A DNA stretch of 64,000 nt from positions 53,074,001-53,138,000 of the forward strand of contig CM052817.1 in the NCBI GenBank assembly GCA_028534125.1. The letters are read 5' to 3'. Shown piece by piece: positions 26,501 to 40,886 of this stretch (positions within the stretch are counted from its first letter, which is position 1; each line of letters starts with the position of its first letter). The position numbers were made by a program, and so were the translations under genes. This DNA comes from Lama glama (taxonomy: Eukaryota). Below the pieces are notes generated by a model. The model saw only the letters and a list, made by a program, of their open reading frames with translations, made no database searches and was not told the DNA's origin.

Positions 26501-27949
26501 TCATGTTCCTTTTTCTATAATATAAAAATTTTATTAGCAGGTTTCTCAAATATAACTGTTAAATGAAATACTGTATACAATAGCACTTAGAGCACAAAAT
26601 AACTTCCCTTTAGTTCTTTTTCTATCAAAATTGGTTTTGAATAAATGTCGATTGAACCATAACATTTTAGTAGATTAAAAACAGATATGCATAAAGCGTT
26701 TTATATTTTGAAATATAACATATATTGAATGTCATATTTAATATGCATGGCTCTTAAAATATAAAGAACTGTCACTTTTATTTATAGACTAATTTTTGTA
26801 GAAATAAATTATGCTTTCTGAAAAATATCATGAAAAAGATGAATATCGTACCTTTTAGTTATGAACCCTTGCTTCGTGGTGCACTTAAAATTCATATACA
26901 ATATATCTTCATTTACTATCTATAAATGTAACTTTATAATTCTTTTAACAACATGTCATTTATACTTTAACATTCTGAGTTGGATTTATGTTGCCCTACT
27001 CTTGGTAACACCCATTTAATTCAGTTTGTAAATGTTGGTATTTTTGCCAGTGCTGAGAACAATTAGGTTTCTTAACTAAGTGATAATTTTCTAATTAATT
27101 CAATTAAATGCTCCTTTAAGTATATTTGGCTTGGGGGAGGAGAATGCTAGAAATCTATAGCTGGACTTGTAATCTGGCTGTGTGCCTAGAAACACTGAAC
27201 TGTGATATTAAGTAGTCACATGAGTAACTGGGAACAAACAGTAAGAAAAATTAAGCCATTTTGTCTAAGAGCAAAAAGCTACACACTGAGTGGGAGAGTT
27301 ATAAATTTGACTTTAGCTCACAGTTGTTGAAAAGTGTAACAGATCTGTGAATACTAAGACACAAGAATTGAGATTTGGAGCTTTTCTTGCAAGATAGAAT
27401 TTTTTGTAGGTCAGGTTCACTTGGAATTGGAGAGTTGCATGTAGAGGGTTTACTGGGGCAAGTCTTTGGGTTTGACACCATGAGAGTGAAGGCAGCCCAA
27501 GAAGCTCTGGAGCTGATGTGATACCTAGAATTGCCCTGCACTGAGGCTAGAAGGCTAGGCATTTCTATCCTCATACCAACCAATCAATGGTGCAGATTAT
27601 TTAGCCCAGGGCATTTCTTGGAGAGGGACTCATTGGTGTGCTGGCAGCAGCCAACATTTCCAGTGGCTGGGGGGAGTAATTGCTGGGAATCTAGTAAGTA
27701 CGTAGTCTCCAAATGCAAGTTTTTAAAAGCCTATTGGAGTACTTTTAAAATACAAGATTTAAAAGCCTATTTGAAAATAGATAGTGGTAACTATTAACAG
27801 TTACTTGTACTTTAAATCAAAAACTGCTTTTAAATTTTTTCAAATTTATAATGTAGTTTCTTTCAAGACAAAAAATTTAATTTTTTTTACTTTTAATAAC
27901 TCTAGTGAAATGAAAATAATCGTGTTCAAATTTTCATTCATTAAGCATT

Positions 27950-28370
27950 ATACTTTGACACTTTGTGGAAAATAAATTGACCATCTAAGAGTGAGTCTGT
28001 ATCTGAATTCTCTAGTGTATTTATTTGATCTATAAGTCAATCCTCTCACCAAAACAATAGTGATTTGATTAATGTAGGTTTGCTCTAAGTGTCAAAAATA
28101 GGTGTATAATCCCTTCAAATTTTCTTGTTTTTTCATATTGTTTTGGCTATTTGTCTTTACAGTAGTTCTTAAAATCAGTCTTGCATCTTAAGCAAAAGCC
28201 TACTAGCATTTTTAGTGGGATTAAATTTAACCTATTGGTCAATTTTGGGAGCATTGCTGTCTTAACAATATTGAGTCTTCCAATGCATGAACATCTTTTA
28301 TCTCTCCGCTTAATGTGATCTTCTTTAATTTTCCTCAATAATATTTTATAGCTTTTAGTTTATAAGAGCA
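27950..28370 (-). mobile_element. L1 ORF2 fragment
   Basis: ORF 28147-28338 encodes CSCIGRLNIVKTAMLPKL, matching the L1 ORF2 motif CSWIGRINIVKMAILPK. Confidence 0.8.
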
Positions 28371-29489
28371 ATACTTAAATATATACAACTTTAAGTAGGC
28401 AACCTATCAATGTAGAATATTGGCACAAAGAGTAGATAAATGTATTGATTTTAATGTGTGTTTACACATTGAGCTTTAAAAGCTCAATTTTTCATTTGCT
28501 ATTGCATTAAAATTATACGATGTAAATGGCTTCATTCTCATTATCTTGCTTCTCAGCTCAAATATCTGGAATGGATGAGATGGCTGATTTCTCCCCCAAG
28601 CTGTCTCTTTTTTTATATGGGACCACAATCTTAAGGAAGATAGACCAAGTTTGTTCAAAAGGTATCAGTGTTCCAAGAGTTAAAGCCTTATCAAGGCTGT
28701 GTGTCATACTTGCAGATTTCCCATGGTCAAAATAAGTCACATAACCAAGCCCTAAGCAATCTGGAAGAGAACTACATAAGGGCATAGAGGCCAGAAAGCA
28801 TGACTAATTAGCAGCCCTTAATCTAACAATCTGATACAAAAATAATGAATGATGCCCAAATCTCAGTAGCTTAGAACTTTCACATTACATTTCTATTATG
28901 GTGTGGCTGTAGCTCTCCTCCATGGTAACATTACTCTGGAAATCTAGTGGACAGGGTAGCCCCAATCTCAAATTCCATTCATATTTCATAGGTCAAAGAA
29001 AGTCACTTCACCAAATCTATTTTAACAGAAAAGGGATGTTTTATTCTACCTTGCAGAGAAATACTTCACACCAAATACGTGTTTATGTACAGTTGAACAC
29101 TGTATAACACAGTTCATATTCTAACAGTTGATAAGGTCCAATTTATTAATGTATAGCTATCTAGATGCATTAAAATAATTTCACACTGTGGTAATACTTG
29201 CATTTACATGATAACTACTAAGTTTATTAGTTGTTAGATAATGTTAGAACTATTAGCAGTTCTAATAGATTGATTTGCTCTTTATGTTTTCTTTGCTGTT
29301 AAATGCCAATTTATGTCTTTTGCCTATTTTTTATTACGTTTTGTGTCTTTTGCTTATAGATTCTTTATAGTTAGTTTTCATTATATACTTTTGATATTAA
29401 TTCTTTTTCAGATATGAGTTTACATATATATGTTTACTATTACTATTTATATATATATATCTCTACTATTTTTAAGGCAGATGAAGCTC

Positions 29490-29860
29490 TAAATATTACT
29501 TTTATTATTGACATAATCAGTCCGAGAAAATGTCTTCAGATTGGCAGTCTTGCTAATATTTTGTCCCAGAGGACAATTTGTCCTCCCAGTTGTAGACATC
29601 ATTGGACGATTGCAGCTCTCCTCAAGAAAAGCAAGCAGGTTTATTATCTGCAGAGAAAAGAGCAGACCAGAAGTCTTATCTCAGCAGGAAGTCAGATCTG
29701 AATAAAGGGAAGGAAAGACTGAACTGAGCATGCCTAGTTCCTTCTCTCAATTCCTCTCTCAGGCAATCCCTTCTCCTGTCAACAGGAATACATAAGAAAT
29801 GATGTTTTATCTGGGCATCCCTCATCCCAGGCGAGTTGACACATAAAATTAACCATTATG
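29490..29860 (-). mobile_element. ERVL LTR fragment (MLT2-like)
   Basis: Ends GTTGACACATAAAATTAACCATT, the reverse complement of the MLT2 5' end. Left boundary uncertain. Confidence 0.55.
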
Positions 29861-30525
29861 CTAATGTTGCACAGCCCCTGGATATATAGAAGTGCTTTGG
29901 CCCTTGTCATTTGGGTCACGTGCTTTATTTCTACCTCTGCAGAATCAGAGCTTTATGAACAGAAATATACATATCTCCAACATGGTTTCTACCTTTGTGT
30001 CATGGAATATGCTTTAGTAGATTAAAGAAAACTGTCATTTGGCTAAGTAATAGCTAATACCTAGCTAAGTAATAAAGGAAGGGGAGTAAAAAATATGATT
30101 GAAACAAAATGTAGAACCTCAGTCTTAACCAATAAACATCATTTATACTTAAAAAAATATATATATATGGGGAGAGATTCTAGGCATTAGGCTAATTAAA
30201 ATCCCACAATATAAAAATTTGAAGCCAGTATCTGTTTCTTCAAATATCATCACCACCAGCATTATCATATTTATTGATTCAATTTCTTAAACAGATATTA
30301 AATTTTTAGACATTTAAAATTTTCTATTTTTATAGAAAGTTGTGTTTTTCTGGGAATTTGTGAATTTTTGACTTGGTTTGCATAAAGATGTTTATGTATC
30401 CTCTTACCTTGTTAATGTCTGTAGGATCTGTAGCAAAGCTCCCTTATTCACTTGCTAAAAATAATTAATGTCCTCTCTTAATTCTTCTTGATCAGTCTTC
30501 CTAGGGACTTTTACATTTTCATAGT

Positions 30526-30869
30526 CTTTTTTCCCCTAGTTTTATTGAGAAATAATTGACAGACATTCACTGTGTAAGTTTAAGGAGTACAGCATGATGG
30601 TTTAATTTACATATATTGTGAAATAATTACCATAATAGGTGCAGCTACCATCCATCTTCTCATATAGATTTAAAAAAAAAAGAAAGAAAGAAAGAAAGGA
30701 AAAAAGGGAAAGAAATTTCTCCCTGTGATGAGAGTTATTTACTGTCTGTAAACTTTACTGTATCACATATAGCAGTATGAGCTATAGTCATCATGTTGTA
30801 CTTCATATCCCTAGTGCTTATTTATCTTATAACTAGAAGTTTGTACTTTTTGACCACCTTCTTTCAATT
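30526..30869 (-). mobile_element. L1MA-type 3' end (L1MA9-like)
   Basis: Contains TTTTATTGAGAAATAATTGAC, GTACAGCATGATGGTTT and TTTGTACTTTTTGACCACCTTC. Confidence 0.75.
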
Positions 30870-31136
30870 GCATTTTTTATAAACTAGAGGTTTTTGGCAA
30901 CCCTGCATCAAGCAATTCTATTTGTGCCATAATTCTAATAGCATTATTTTTAATTAGAATATAGATATTATTTTTAGGACATAATGCTGTTGCACACTTT
31001 CTAGACTACAATATAGTGTAAACTTATTTTTATATGCACTAGGAAACCAAAAGATTGATGTGACTCACTTGATTGTGATATTCACTTTATGGCAGTGGTC
31101 TCTAATCAAACCTGCAATATCTTTGAGGTACGCCTA
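30870..31136 (+). mobile_element. Tigger1-derived element lacking its 5' TIR
   Basis: Same family as 4818-5236. Ends GCAATATCTTTGAGGTACGCCTA followed by TA. Confidence 0.75.
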
Positions 31137-34100
31137 TACATTTATTTGCTAAGTGCAATAGAAATATAATAATTTTTAAAAATTTTTATCTAACAAAATT
31201 GTAAATGAACATTTTAATCTAAGAATTTATTTGTTTATTATTTAGAATTTCTTGTATATAATCATATCACTTGAAATAATGAGGTTTTTTGAATTATTAT
31301 AATGCTTATAATTTATAAAATAGTCTTGTCTTTCTGAACTGACACTGATCATTCATGTGATAGTAGTAATATTCACTTTACTTACAATGTAAAAGGAAAG
31401 GTTTTCAATGTTTCACTGGCAAATATATTTGCTTTATTTATAGATTAAGTACCACTGAAAGCATTTCCCTTCCATTCCTAGATGTAAGAGTTTTCATTTT
31501 TTATCATAAATGGACAGTTGTTTTAAAATATTCTATGACTTTAGCAAAACAGTCATATACATCTTCTCATGAACTTTTAATGAGTAATGCACATTGATTC
31601 TTTAAGTAATAACCTACTTTAATATAATCTGGAATAATTTAACTGGGCTATTATGTAGTATATTTTCCATACAATGGATGTTTCACTTAGGTATTTTATT
31701 TAAATTACAGTTTATATTATGAACAAAATTAGCCAATAGTTTCATTTTTCATGCTTTTCTTTTAATTTTTTTAGTACAAAATTTACCTGGAATAACTTAA
31801 AATGTAAGTTAAAAAGAAAAAAGCAGTCTTTTAAAATAGGAAACAGATGAGGCAAATGTACTTAACCATATATTAAATTAATAAGATAACTATGCAAGTA
31901 CACAGGTCACTTTCTTTTTTTTTTTTTTCCTACAATGTGACTTTATTTGATGACAGGGCCTTTAAAAGGTAAGCACAAATCATTTTCTAAACATTTAATT
32001 TCTTGGTCTTTTCATTGAAAAGTCTAGAAAAATTAATTCTTAAGCAGCAGTTTTCATCCTAGATCCTAGACCACATCCTGTAAAAATCATTTCCAATTGG
32101 AAATAACCAAGAATCTTTTAAGAAATGTACTGATTCAGAGCTGGAAAGGAAATGTTCCGGACAGGCATCCTCTTGGGCTAGAAAGCAAGAAAACTATCAA
32201 ATTTTAAAAGTACCTTGTCCAGAGAGCAGCATAGACCACTCAAGTCTCTGCCCCTAGCCCAACTTGAGACAATATGAGTCAGAAAGACTACAATTTATTT
32301 TTTAAAAAATGCATGAATTCATAACAATATTAGTAGATATGATATTTGAGTTTGTTAGGACAGCATTGTGTTACTCTAAAAACTGACAATATAGGAATAA
32401 AGTCAATCATCTACCTTTTTATTTTAGCATAACCAGCTGGTTAAAAAGGGAAATTTTTCTTTATAGAAGAATTTACCTAATACATTCAGCATTAAAAATA
32501 GAATTAGAATATTCCATTTTGCAGCTTATAATGGAACAATGACTCTAAACAAAAATCAGTACGATATTAAAGGATTAGGAGAAAATGTGAGGAATTTTAT
32601 AGTGGAGCGATCAGGCTGTCAGCACTCTATCTACTGATCAATGTCTACATTAATAAATATGCAACATCTGAAATTGTGTGCTTCATAATTTAATAAAGCA
32701 GAAAGTACTAATAATCAGTATTATTCTCATCTTCAAAAGTTGACTATAACTCTAATCAAACCTCTAGTTATGATTGCTGTTTTACAGGAAATATGGTAAA
32801 TAGAGAAACTAAGTAAATAACACCACAAAAAAGCAATTTTCCTGACCAGATTTGAGTAAATCTATAAGATAAATAACTTGGTAATTCCAACAAGTTAATG
32901 CCATTTAATAATAAAGCATCTCTAAAAGAGTTTTTATTTCACTTTGTGTGATACATATTTAGATTTCGCACAGAAGTGGTCACTGCTTACACCACCTTAA
33001 CTAACAAATTCATGCATTATCAAAAAGATTTGATGTTTTCATGTTAAACCTAGATGTGTTTTTAGCAACCACGGTCATGAATAAAAAGATAAATGGGAAA
33101 GTCATTTACTCAAAAATAAAAATAATAATAACAATAATAATAAAACCACATAGCTTATTTTTACTAATGCAATTTTTTAACTGTTATAAAATATTCTTGC
33201 TTATGGATCAAATAATACAGACTTATAAAAGCTGAATGTCCTAAGTCTTCAAAACAGTGCTGGTATATAGTTATGTTGGAGGCAGAATTTAAAAATCATC
33301 ATAAATGTAAGTTTCTATTTCCTACTTGCCTGCAGATTCTGCCCATTTGGTAACTAATGTTTGACCTATTATATCATAGATTCAAAATTTGAAATCATAA
33401 TGGGAAAAATTATTAGAACTGGTAAAATATTTTGTTTCCATACTCAGAAACCTACAAAGAATATAAAGTGTTTTCCCCTGACAACTGCTGTGAAAGTCAA
33501 AACAATGGTATGTCTTTTTTTTTTTCGATAAGAGTTGGAAAATCTAGTTTAGCTCTTGCAGCATCAATGACAGTAGCACCACAGATGCTGTTCACCAGAC
33601 AGAGCAAAACAGAAAATGGAAGTTGTTCTTTCTCTCTTTGCTAAGCAGTCTTAAAATCGGTATTAGTTGGTAAAAGTCAAATTCTGCTTTTTATACTAAC
33701 TTTGGGGTACACAGATATGTAACATTTTTCAAAAGAAAGTTTTCTCTAAGACATCTATAGTCTAATCAGTGTGTATGTATAGTGTGTAGTACATGTAGCC
33801 TGATACGGAAACAAAATTAGTCAGAGGAGATTGTGACTTGGCCAAGATAACAATTGTGTTACTATATTTAAGTATATTTATATTGTGAAATGTATTTATC
33901 ACATTTAAAATGTTTTAGGAAATATTCTATGCTGATTTGTGAGAGAAATGAACTTTTCAGGCAGTCTTCTATAGTCAAAGCAGAGTAAATGTTAACTTCT
34001 GTACTGTGCTGCAAATGAATGAATAATACTGAACAGCCGAAGCTGAACTTAGTAATGGAGATGCTGAGTCACAGCGAAAAAGTGATATATGAAACTATTA

Positions 34101-37100
34101 AAGGCCCTCACCAAGACTCTCCTTTTCCTTGTGCCAATAATCCAAGGGATGAAATGTAACTCACTGTGAAGGACAAAAATAAATGTGTCAGATATGATAT
34201 GTTAGTCCTAAAAATGAGGGAAAGTGCAGTTTTTAAAATATAATATTAATAAAAGTGATTAATTTCCCTCATCCCTTCCCTACCATATCTAGAATGGTAA
34301 TTTCAATGCATACAAATTCAGAAATATGGTAAATAGAGAATTCAGGGGTTTTGGGTGGCCTCAGTTATTTTTCTTCACATAATGAATTCTTTGAAACTGA
34401 GTAATTCAGTTTTGGAGGCACTAATGATGTAGCGAATTGTATTCTGTTTACAAAATGGTATTTTCGTCACTGAAAGGAACGGCAATAACCTAAATTCTTG
34501 TTCATCGTAGGTAATACTTACACAAACATGACAAAGAAGTATCAATTCATTGTGTGACCTTGGATAAATAAAGCATTTCCTTATATAAAATTTCAAGAAC
34601 TATGTAAATTTGTATAAAATTGATTAGTAGCCTTAGGCAGCATTTCATAAATGTGTTTCTGTTATATAGTAATAGCAGTAGAATAATAGACTAGAACTAT
34701 TTCATGAGAGTGTTAATTAACCATAATCAGTCCTGGAGCATTATTTTCCCTTAGCAACAAGAACAAAATAGCTTTAAACACAGAGACACAGAGTGAGGAA
34801 GGGATTCTTTGAATACTATGACCGGAAATTGTCTCCTTTCCTGTACGCTAAAAACATAATAAAATCTGTCTGTTCTGAGTCAAATGATAATCTGAGCTCA
34901 TAGGCAAATGAAGTCTTGAGTTCTAAGGGAAAAAAAGCTGGTATTTTACTTTCTCCCCCGGTGTTTTGAGAATGTGTCTGAAAAAATAGATTAGAGAGCA
35001 TTGCCTCTTGTCTATGCTCAATTGAAATTCTAACACTATTTAACAATAACATTAAGTAGTTTCACTAATCCACAAAAATAGTTGAATAGGTAAGCTGAAT
35101 CCTGTCTCTCTATGCAATTCTTGGTGAACACATAGAAAAAAGAGAGGATATTCCTTTGTGTATGTTCACAGGGCAATACAATCTGCTTTTTCTGAGGATC
35201 ATGTAGTAGAGTTTAGATTTCCACTACTGCAAGACCATCACAACTTTAATTAAAATTAAACTACATACATCAACTACATACTAAATTTAAATAAAATTAA
35301 ACTGCAATAAGTAGGCAAAGAACAATAATAACTGGAAAAGAAACCAAGTGACAAAATGAATGACCAGTTTACATAAATAGCAATAATAAATGTATGGCAA
35401 TGCAAAACATATTCGTAATGTAGATAATAAAGTGTCTTTATATGCTGAAAAGAAAAAGATGAAAAAGTTAACACTAAATAATGGTCAAATTATATGAATA
35501 GTAAATTCTCACCCATGTGATAAGATCACACTTACATGTACTCAGGATCTAGTTATTGTCTTACAATTGATGAAATGCAGATTATTAGTTATTCTTCTGA
35601 AGGAAGAAGATGAGGTCTTCTCTCACCTTTTTTTTAAACTTAGGATATTAAATAACTCAACTCACATACTTGGTAATTCAGTAATTTGTACCCAAATCTA
35701 GCTAATTCCAGGCCCTGGCTCTCTAAATCATTACATGAGGATAATGACACATAAAATAAATATTTAAACATCCAAGAGTAGATGATATTTACCATAGAGA
35801 CATTGTGGAATGAGTGAAGAGAATCTAGACTACAACTCTAAGGGGTACAAAACTTTAAGAATGAGGTAGAAGCAGTAGGGTAGAAAAGGAAAAGCAGAAC
35901 AGAGTAAGTGTTGTGAGACATCGGAGAAATACTAGAAGCGAGTGGTGCTTGGGAGCCTGGGAACAGAGGTTTCTGAGAACAGTTACTAGCCATGTCAAAT
36001 AACAAGAAGCCAGGCAAGGTGAAGATTTTAAATGTCCAGGGGCTTTAAAATACCAAAGTTTTTGTTTGGTTTGGTTATTTGTTTTTTGCAAACAATAAGA
36101 AAAATGGAAAAAAACCCATTAGTTTTAATAAGTATTGATTTTACAAAGCCTTATTAAGTTTATAAATTCCTATCCCTACACCCTTCAAAATCCAAGTTAA
36201 GAGTATTGTTGGGTCTAAAACAATGTCAATATCTGATATGTTACTAGAGTTGTTATACTCTCTTAATGTGTTCATATTAGTATCCTTGTTAGCACTTTAA
36301 TACATTTTATAGAAAAAAGTTTGAAAAGATATTAAGATACAAAGCAAAGCAACCAACTATTCTTGTACTATTTCACGAAGACCTGCTTTGTTGTTGTTCT
36401 CTATGATATCCCAGCATAGAACTATTTGTTTGCTCCCTGCATTACAATCTTAACTGTGACAGCATAGCATTATCACCTCCCCCATGATTCTCCCTTATTT
36501 ATTCTGGTTAAAATTATCACCCTATTATTTTGGAGTTTATCTTAACCTTTTAATACACTTTACTTGCTTTTATATTCCTCGCATGTGTATGCACTTTCCC
36601 AGTATATTTGCAAAATCTTTTCTCTATAACCAGAAAAACAACAAACATAACAGATTTATTGACTGCTCAACATAAGAAAAATTAATTTGTCCCAAAATGG
36701 AGTATCAGGAGATGGTATAAAAACTCAGTGATAACCAATTATAGTGGGTGCTATTATAAAAATTTCCATGGACACTACTATAAACATTTTTGTAGGAGCT
36801 GTAGGTTGAGTTATGTTCCCTTCTAATTATGGCATTCTATTCATTTCTATTTATGTCATCTATATATTAAAAAGTCTTCTTGCAAAAAATTGTTTACTGC
36901 TACTGCTTATGCCCATTAACTTTAATAATAGGCTAAATATTTAAAATTCAAAAACACTTTATCTCCTACCTTTTTCAGCTAGAGAACAAAATATGATAAT
37001 GTTTGAAGAAGTTAAAATTAATTAGCACTTTCATAAATTTAGCTCCTATTTCTATTTCTGTTAACATTTTCTCATTCATTTTAAATTATATCTGGGAGGT

Positions 37101-37709
37101 ATTCCTCCGTAGTGAAGTGAATGTTCAGGCTAGAGAGATAGCTGCTTCCAATTCTACCTGTGCTGTTTTGGGCAAGTTGTGTAACATCTCTCAGCCTTAG
37201 GATTCGCATATGTAAAGTGAAAGCAATGTATCTAATGTATAGTGTATACAAAGCTTAAACTAGATCATGTTACACGGGGCCCTCAAAATATTAACGAATC
37301 TTAGCACAGAGTGAGCGACTGAAAAAGCAGGCAGAGAGTTTTGCCTAATAGAGAAGCCAGCAAAACATTTGGGAATCTTATAGAGTTTAACAAAAAGAAA
37401 AGAAAATCAGAATTTGAGACTGCCACAGTAACCAGAACTTGTGTGGCCAAAATCCCAGTCTGAAGGGAGACACAGGGAACTGTGTCCAATGCATTGCTGA
37501 ATCTTTAAGCTTCAATCTTGTGCAAGGAAAAAAGCAGAAAAATAAGCAGAAAGTGAATGAAAATTAGAGTGAAGTTTTCAGTGGCATCATGGCCCTGAGT
37601 TTGTCCAGAGAGGAGATGCTGTAGTAAATATCCCCAGGCTCTCAACTGGAGAGCTACATACTACAGTGGGACAGTGGGGAAACCACATATAGACTGGGTA
37701 GAATGAGCC

Positions 37710-37711
<2 letters not shown>

Positions 37712-37743
<32 letters not shown>
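37712..37743. repeat. (AC)n microsatellite
   Basis: Directly visible dinucleotide run. Confidence 0.95.
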
Positions 37744-37745
<2 letters not shown>

Positions 37746-38062
37746 AAACACCTAAACTAAAACAAAGCAGAACACCAGGTCAGCTGGAGAATTGATTGGA
37801 TTAAGGTAAATTAACCCACTATGGCAACCTAACAGCAAATAAAGTGAACCTTCTGTGGAGAAAGATAAAACGTATCTGTGTCATAACTTTTCATATGCAA
37901 TGTTAAACATTCAAACACAGACTATCAGACATATCAATAAGGAAAATCTGGGGAGCACAGATAATGTAACTTAACTCATTGATGACCCAGTGATGGTGGT
38001 TATCAGGTACAAACTTTGTAATGAATATGTTTATAAATAAATGTTTAAGAAAAGTGATGTAT

Positions 38063-38528
38063 ATTTTAGTTTCCTAGTGCTGCTGTGACAAATCACCCCA
38101 GACTTAGGAGTTTACAGCAACACAAAGCTATTATCTTATAATTCTGGAGATCAGAAGTCTGGAATGAGTCTTATGGGACTAAAATGAAAGTGTCAGCCAG
38201 GCTAGTTCCTTCTGGCAGCTTTAGGAGAGAATCATTTGCCTGCCTCTTTCAGCCTCTAAAGACTGTTAGCATTCCATGGTCTGTGGCCATAGCACTCAAA
38301 TCTCTGCTTCTGTTCTCACATCGTCTTCTCCTCTCTGCCTCCTGCCTCCCTCTTACACTCTTGTGATTTTATTGTGGCCACCCAGATAATCCATGATAAT
38401 CCCCCTTTCTCAAGAATCTTAATGTAATCACATCTACAAAGTCACTTTTACCACGTAAAATAACATATTCACAAATTCTGAGAGTAGGACATGAACATCT
38501 TTGGGGAGCCATTATTCAGCCTATCACA
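38063..38528 (-). mobile_element. MaLR solo LTR (MLT1D-like) within an old L1 ORF1-like region (~37300-39170)
   Basis: Runs from TTAGTTTCCTAGTGCTGCTGTGACAAAT through GGGACTAAAATGAAAGTGTCAGC to CCATTATTCAGCCTATCACA. Confidence 0.8.
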
Positions 38529-39788
38529 AATGCTAAAATGGAAATGTCCTCTGAGAATAAGAAGTTATAAAAGAATAAAATGGAATGCTGAAACTAAAAA
38601 ATGTGTTAATTGTAATTTTTAAAATTACAAAAAATGAAAAGTTGTAATAGCAAATTGGAAATGGAAGTAGAGAGGATTAGTGAACCAGAAGATAGGTCAA
38701 TGGAAAATGTCCAAGCTAATGTATATGGAGAATCATAAAATGATGGAAAATAGATATAAATACTGAGAAGGCCTTACATATCTGTAATGTGAGTTTAGAA
38801 TCCATGAAAAGCAGAAGAGGAAATGGAAGAGAAATAATTTTAGGAGATAATGCACCCGATTTTTTTTAAAAGCCACAGATTCAGAGCAGTCTATGAAATA
38901 TAAATAGAGAGAAAAATCACTTCCAGGTGTATGACAAGAAAACTAGTAAAAATGAAACACAAAGGAAAAGCAATGCGATAAAATGGAAATACGTTATCTT
39001 CAAAGAGGCTAAATGAGATTGTTTGGAAACTGCTCAAAAGAAATGATAGACATCAGAAAAAAATGAAATGATATTCTTAAAGTTCTTACAGACAAAGCTA
39101 GAAGTCTATATTAACTGAGACTATCCTTCCAGTGTTGAATAAATAAATTTCAGATAAAATTCAACCAAACCCACAAAAGTTGTTAGTTGTAATCACATAC
39201 ATAACCAGCATAACTGTGATACTAACATGATAAATACATATATAAACATTCATTCTCTCTTTTATTTGAAAATATTAAGAAAAATTATGAATATAATTTT
39301 ATCAAAGTGAATATAGTGTTATCTAAAAGACAATGTGTTATAGTACATTTTGATATCATCCCCCAAAAACTCAGCTGAATTTTTTAGAAGCAATTGATTT
39401 TATTGAACATGATCAAAACATTAAAAAAAATTTTTGAAGTGGGAGACAATTTTTTTCCAAATATGCTTATATAAATACACATCCTGATCACTTATTCAGT
39501 AAATCTATTTATATTTATATTTATATTTAAAAAATATAAGTTGTAAGTATAGTAAACATCAGATTCACTTCTTGCCCTCAAGTAGCTTGTGGTTTATTGA
39601 AAATAGAGTTGTGGGGTAGTGATAGTGGTAAGAAAAAACAAAACAGAGAGGAAACAATAAAAAGTGTTTTCAGAAATGGGAATAGACAATTCCTAAGCAG
39701 GTATTGGTGAGGAGTAAGATTAGGGTGATGGGCAGATTACACAGTTTTATGTGTTATGTTGTTTTGTGCCGTCATGTCACATCATGCT

Positions 39789-39831
39789 ATGATGTGATGT
39801 GATGTGATGTGATGTGATGTGATGTGATGTG
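39789..39831. repeat. (GATGT)n pentanucleotide microsatellite
   Basis: About 8 perfect units are visible. Confidence 0.95.
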
Positions 39832-40043
39832 AAATTACATTAAGGAATAGAGACCACTTGCTAATGGCAGTTCTTGGATTTAGAGGCCCAATGACATTTG
39901 TCAGTTAACAGATAAAGCTACAGGGTGGCACAGGGACTAGAAATGTCAAGAGGGGCTTCAAGCATACAAAAAATTATTATAACACTTATAAAAATTAACC
40001 AGAATAAAACAGAATAATGACAGGAAAATTTAAAGAAGTACCT

Positions 40044-40886
40044 GGATTGTGAGGGAGGGGAGCAGCAGGAACTCTCATTCATTGCTGGTGGGATTGCAAA
40101 ATAGCACAGCCACTTTGAAAGACAGTTTGGCAGTTTGGCAGTTTTTGGTTTTTGTTTTTGTTTTTTTTTACAAAACTAAACATACTCTTATATAGGATCT
40201 AACAATCGTGCTCATTCTTATTTACTCAAATGTAAAAAACGTATGTCCACACAGAATCCTGCATGTGGATGTTTAGGCAGCTTTACTCATAATTGTCAAA
40301 ATTTGGAAGTTTTGGAATTCCAAAATTTTGGAATTTGGAAGCAACCATGATGTTCTTCAGGGGGTGAATGGATAAATGGTGGTACATCTAGATTAAGTAA
40401 AAAGTCATGAAAAGATATAGAGGAATCTTAAATGCATATCAATAAGTGAAAAACCAATCTGAAAGGACTAAATGCTGTATGACTTACACTATTTGATATT
40501 CTAGAAAAGACAGCTATGGACAGTGGTTACCAAGGGTTAGAGGAGAGAGAAGGATGAATAGGTGGTGTAGAGAGGATTTTGGGGGGCAATGAAACTACTC
40601 TGTGTAATACTATAATGGCAGATGCGTGTCATTCTACATTTGTCCAAACCTGTAGAGTGTACACCACCAAGAGTGAACCCTAATGTAAGCTATGGACACT
40701 GCATGACAATTATTTGTCAATGTAGGTTCATTAAGTGTAATAAATGTATCACTCTGATGGGCTTATTAATAATGTGGGAGGCTATGCATGTGTGGGGAAA
40801 TGAGGTATATGGGCAATATTTGTATCTTCCACTTGATTTTGCTGTGAACCTAAAACTGCTCTGAAAAAAAAATCTATTTTTAAAAA
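40044..40886 (+). mobile_element. L1MC1-like 3' end
   Basis: Contains CATTTGTCCAAACCTGTAGAGTGTACACCACCAAGAGTGAACCCTAATGTAAGCTATGGAC and ends GCTGTGAACCTAAAACTGCTCTGAAAAA. Confidence 0.85.

Noticed and set aside
26852..26884. Possible ~32-nt minus-strand micro-exon (TTTTAAG...AAAG|GTACGA)
   Set aside because: The pyrimidine tract is poor, it does not preserve frame, and such matches are expected by chance.
27720..27772. Repeated TTTAAAAGCCTATT
   Set aside because: A 14-bp local duplication with no further structure.
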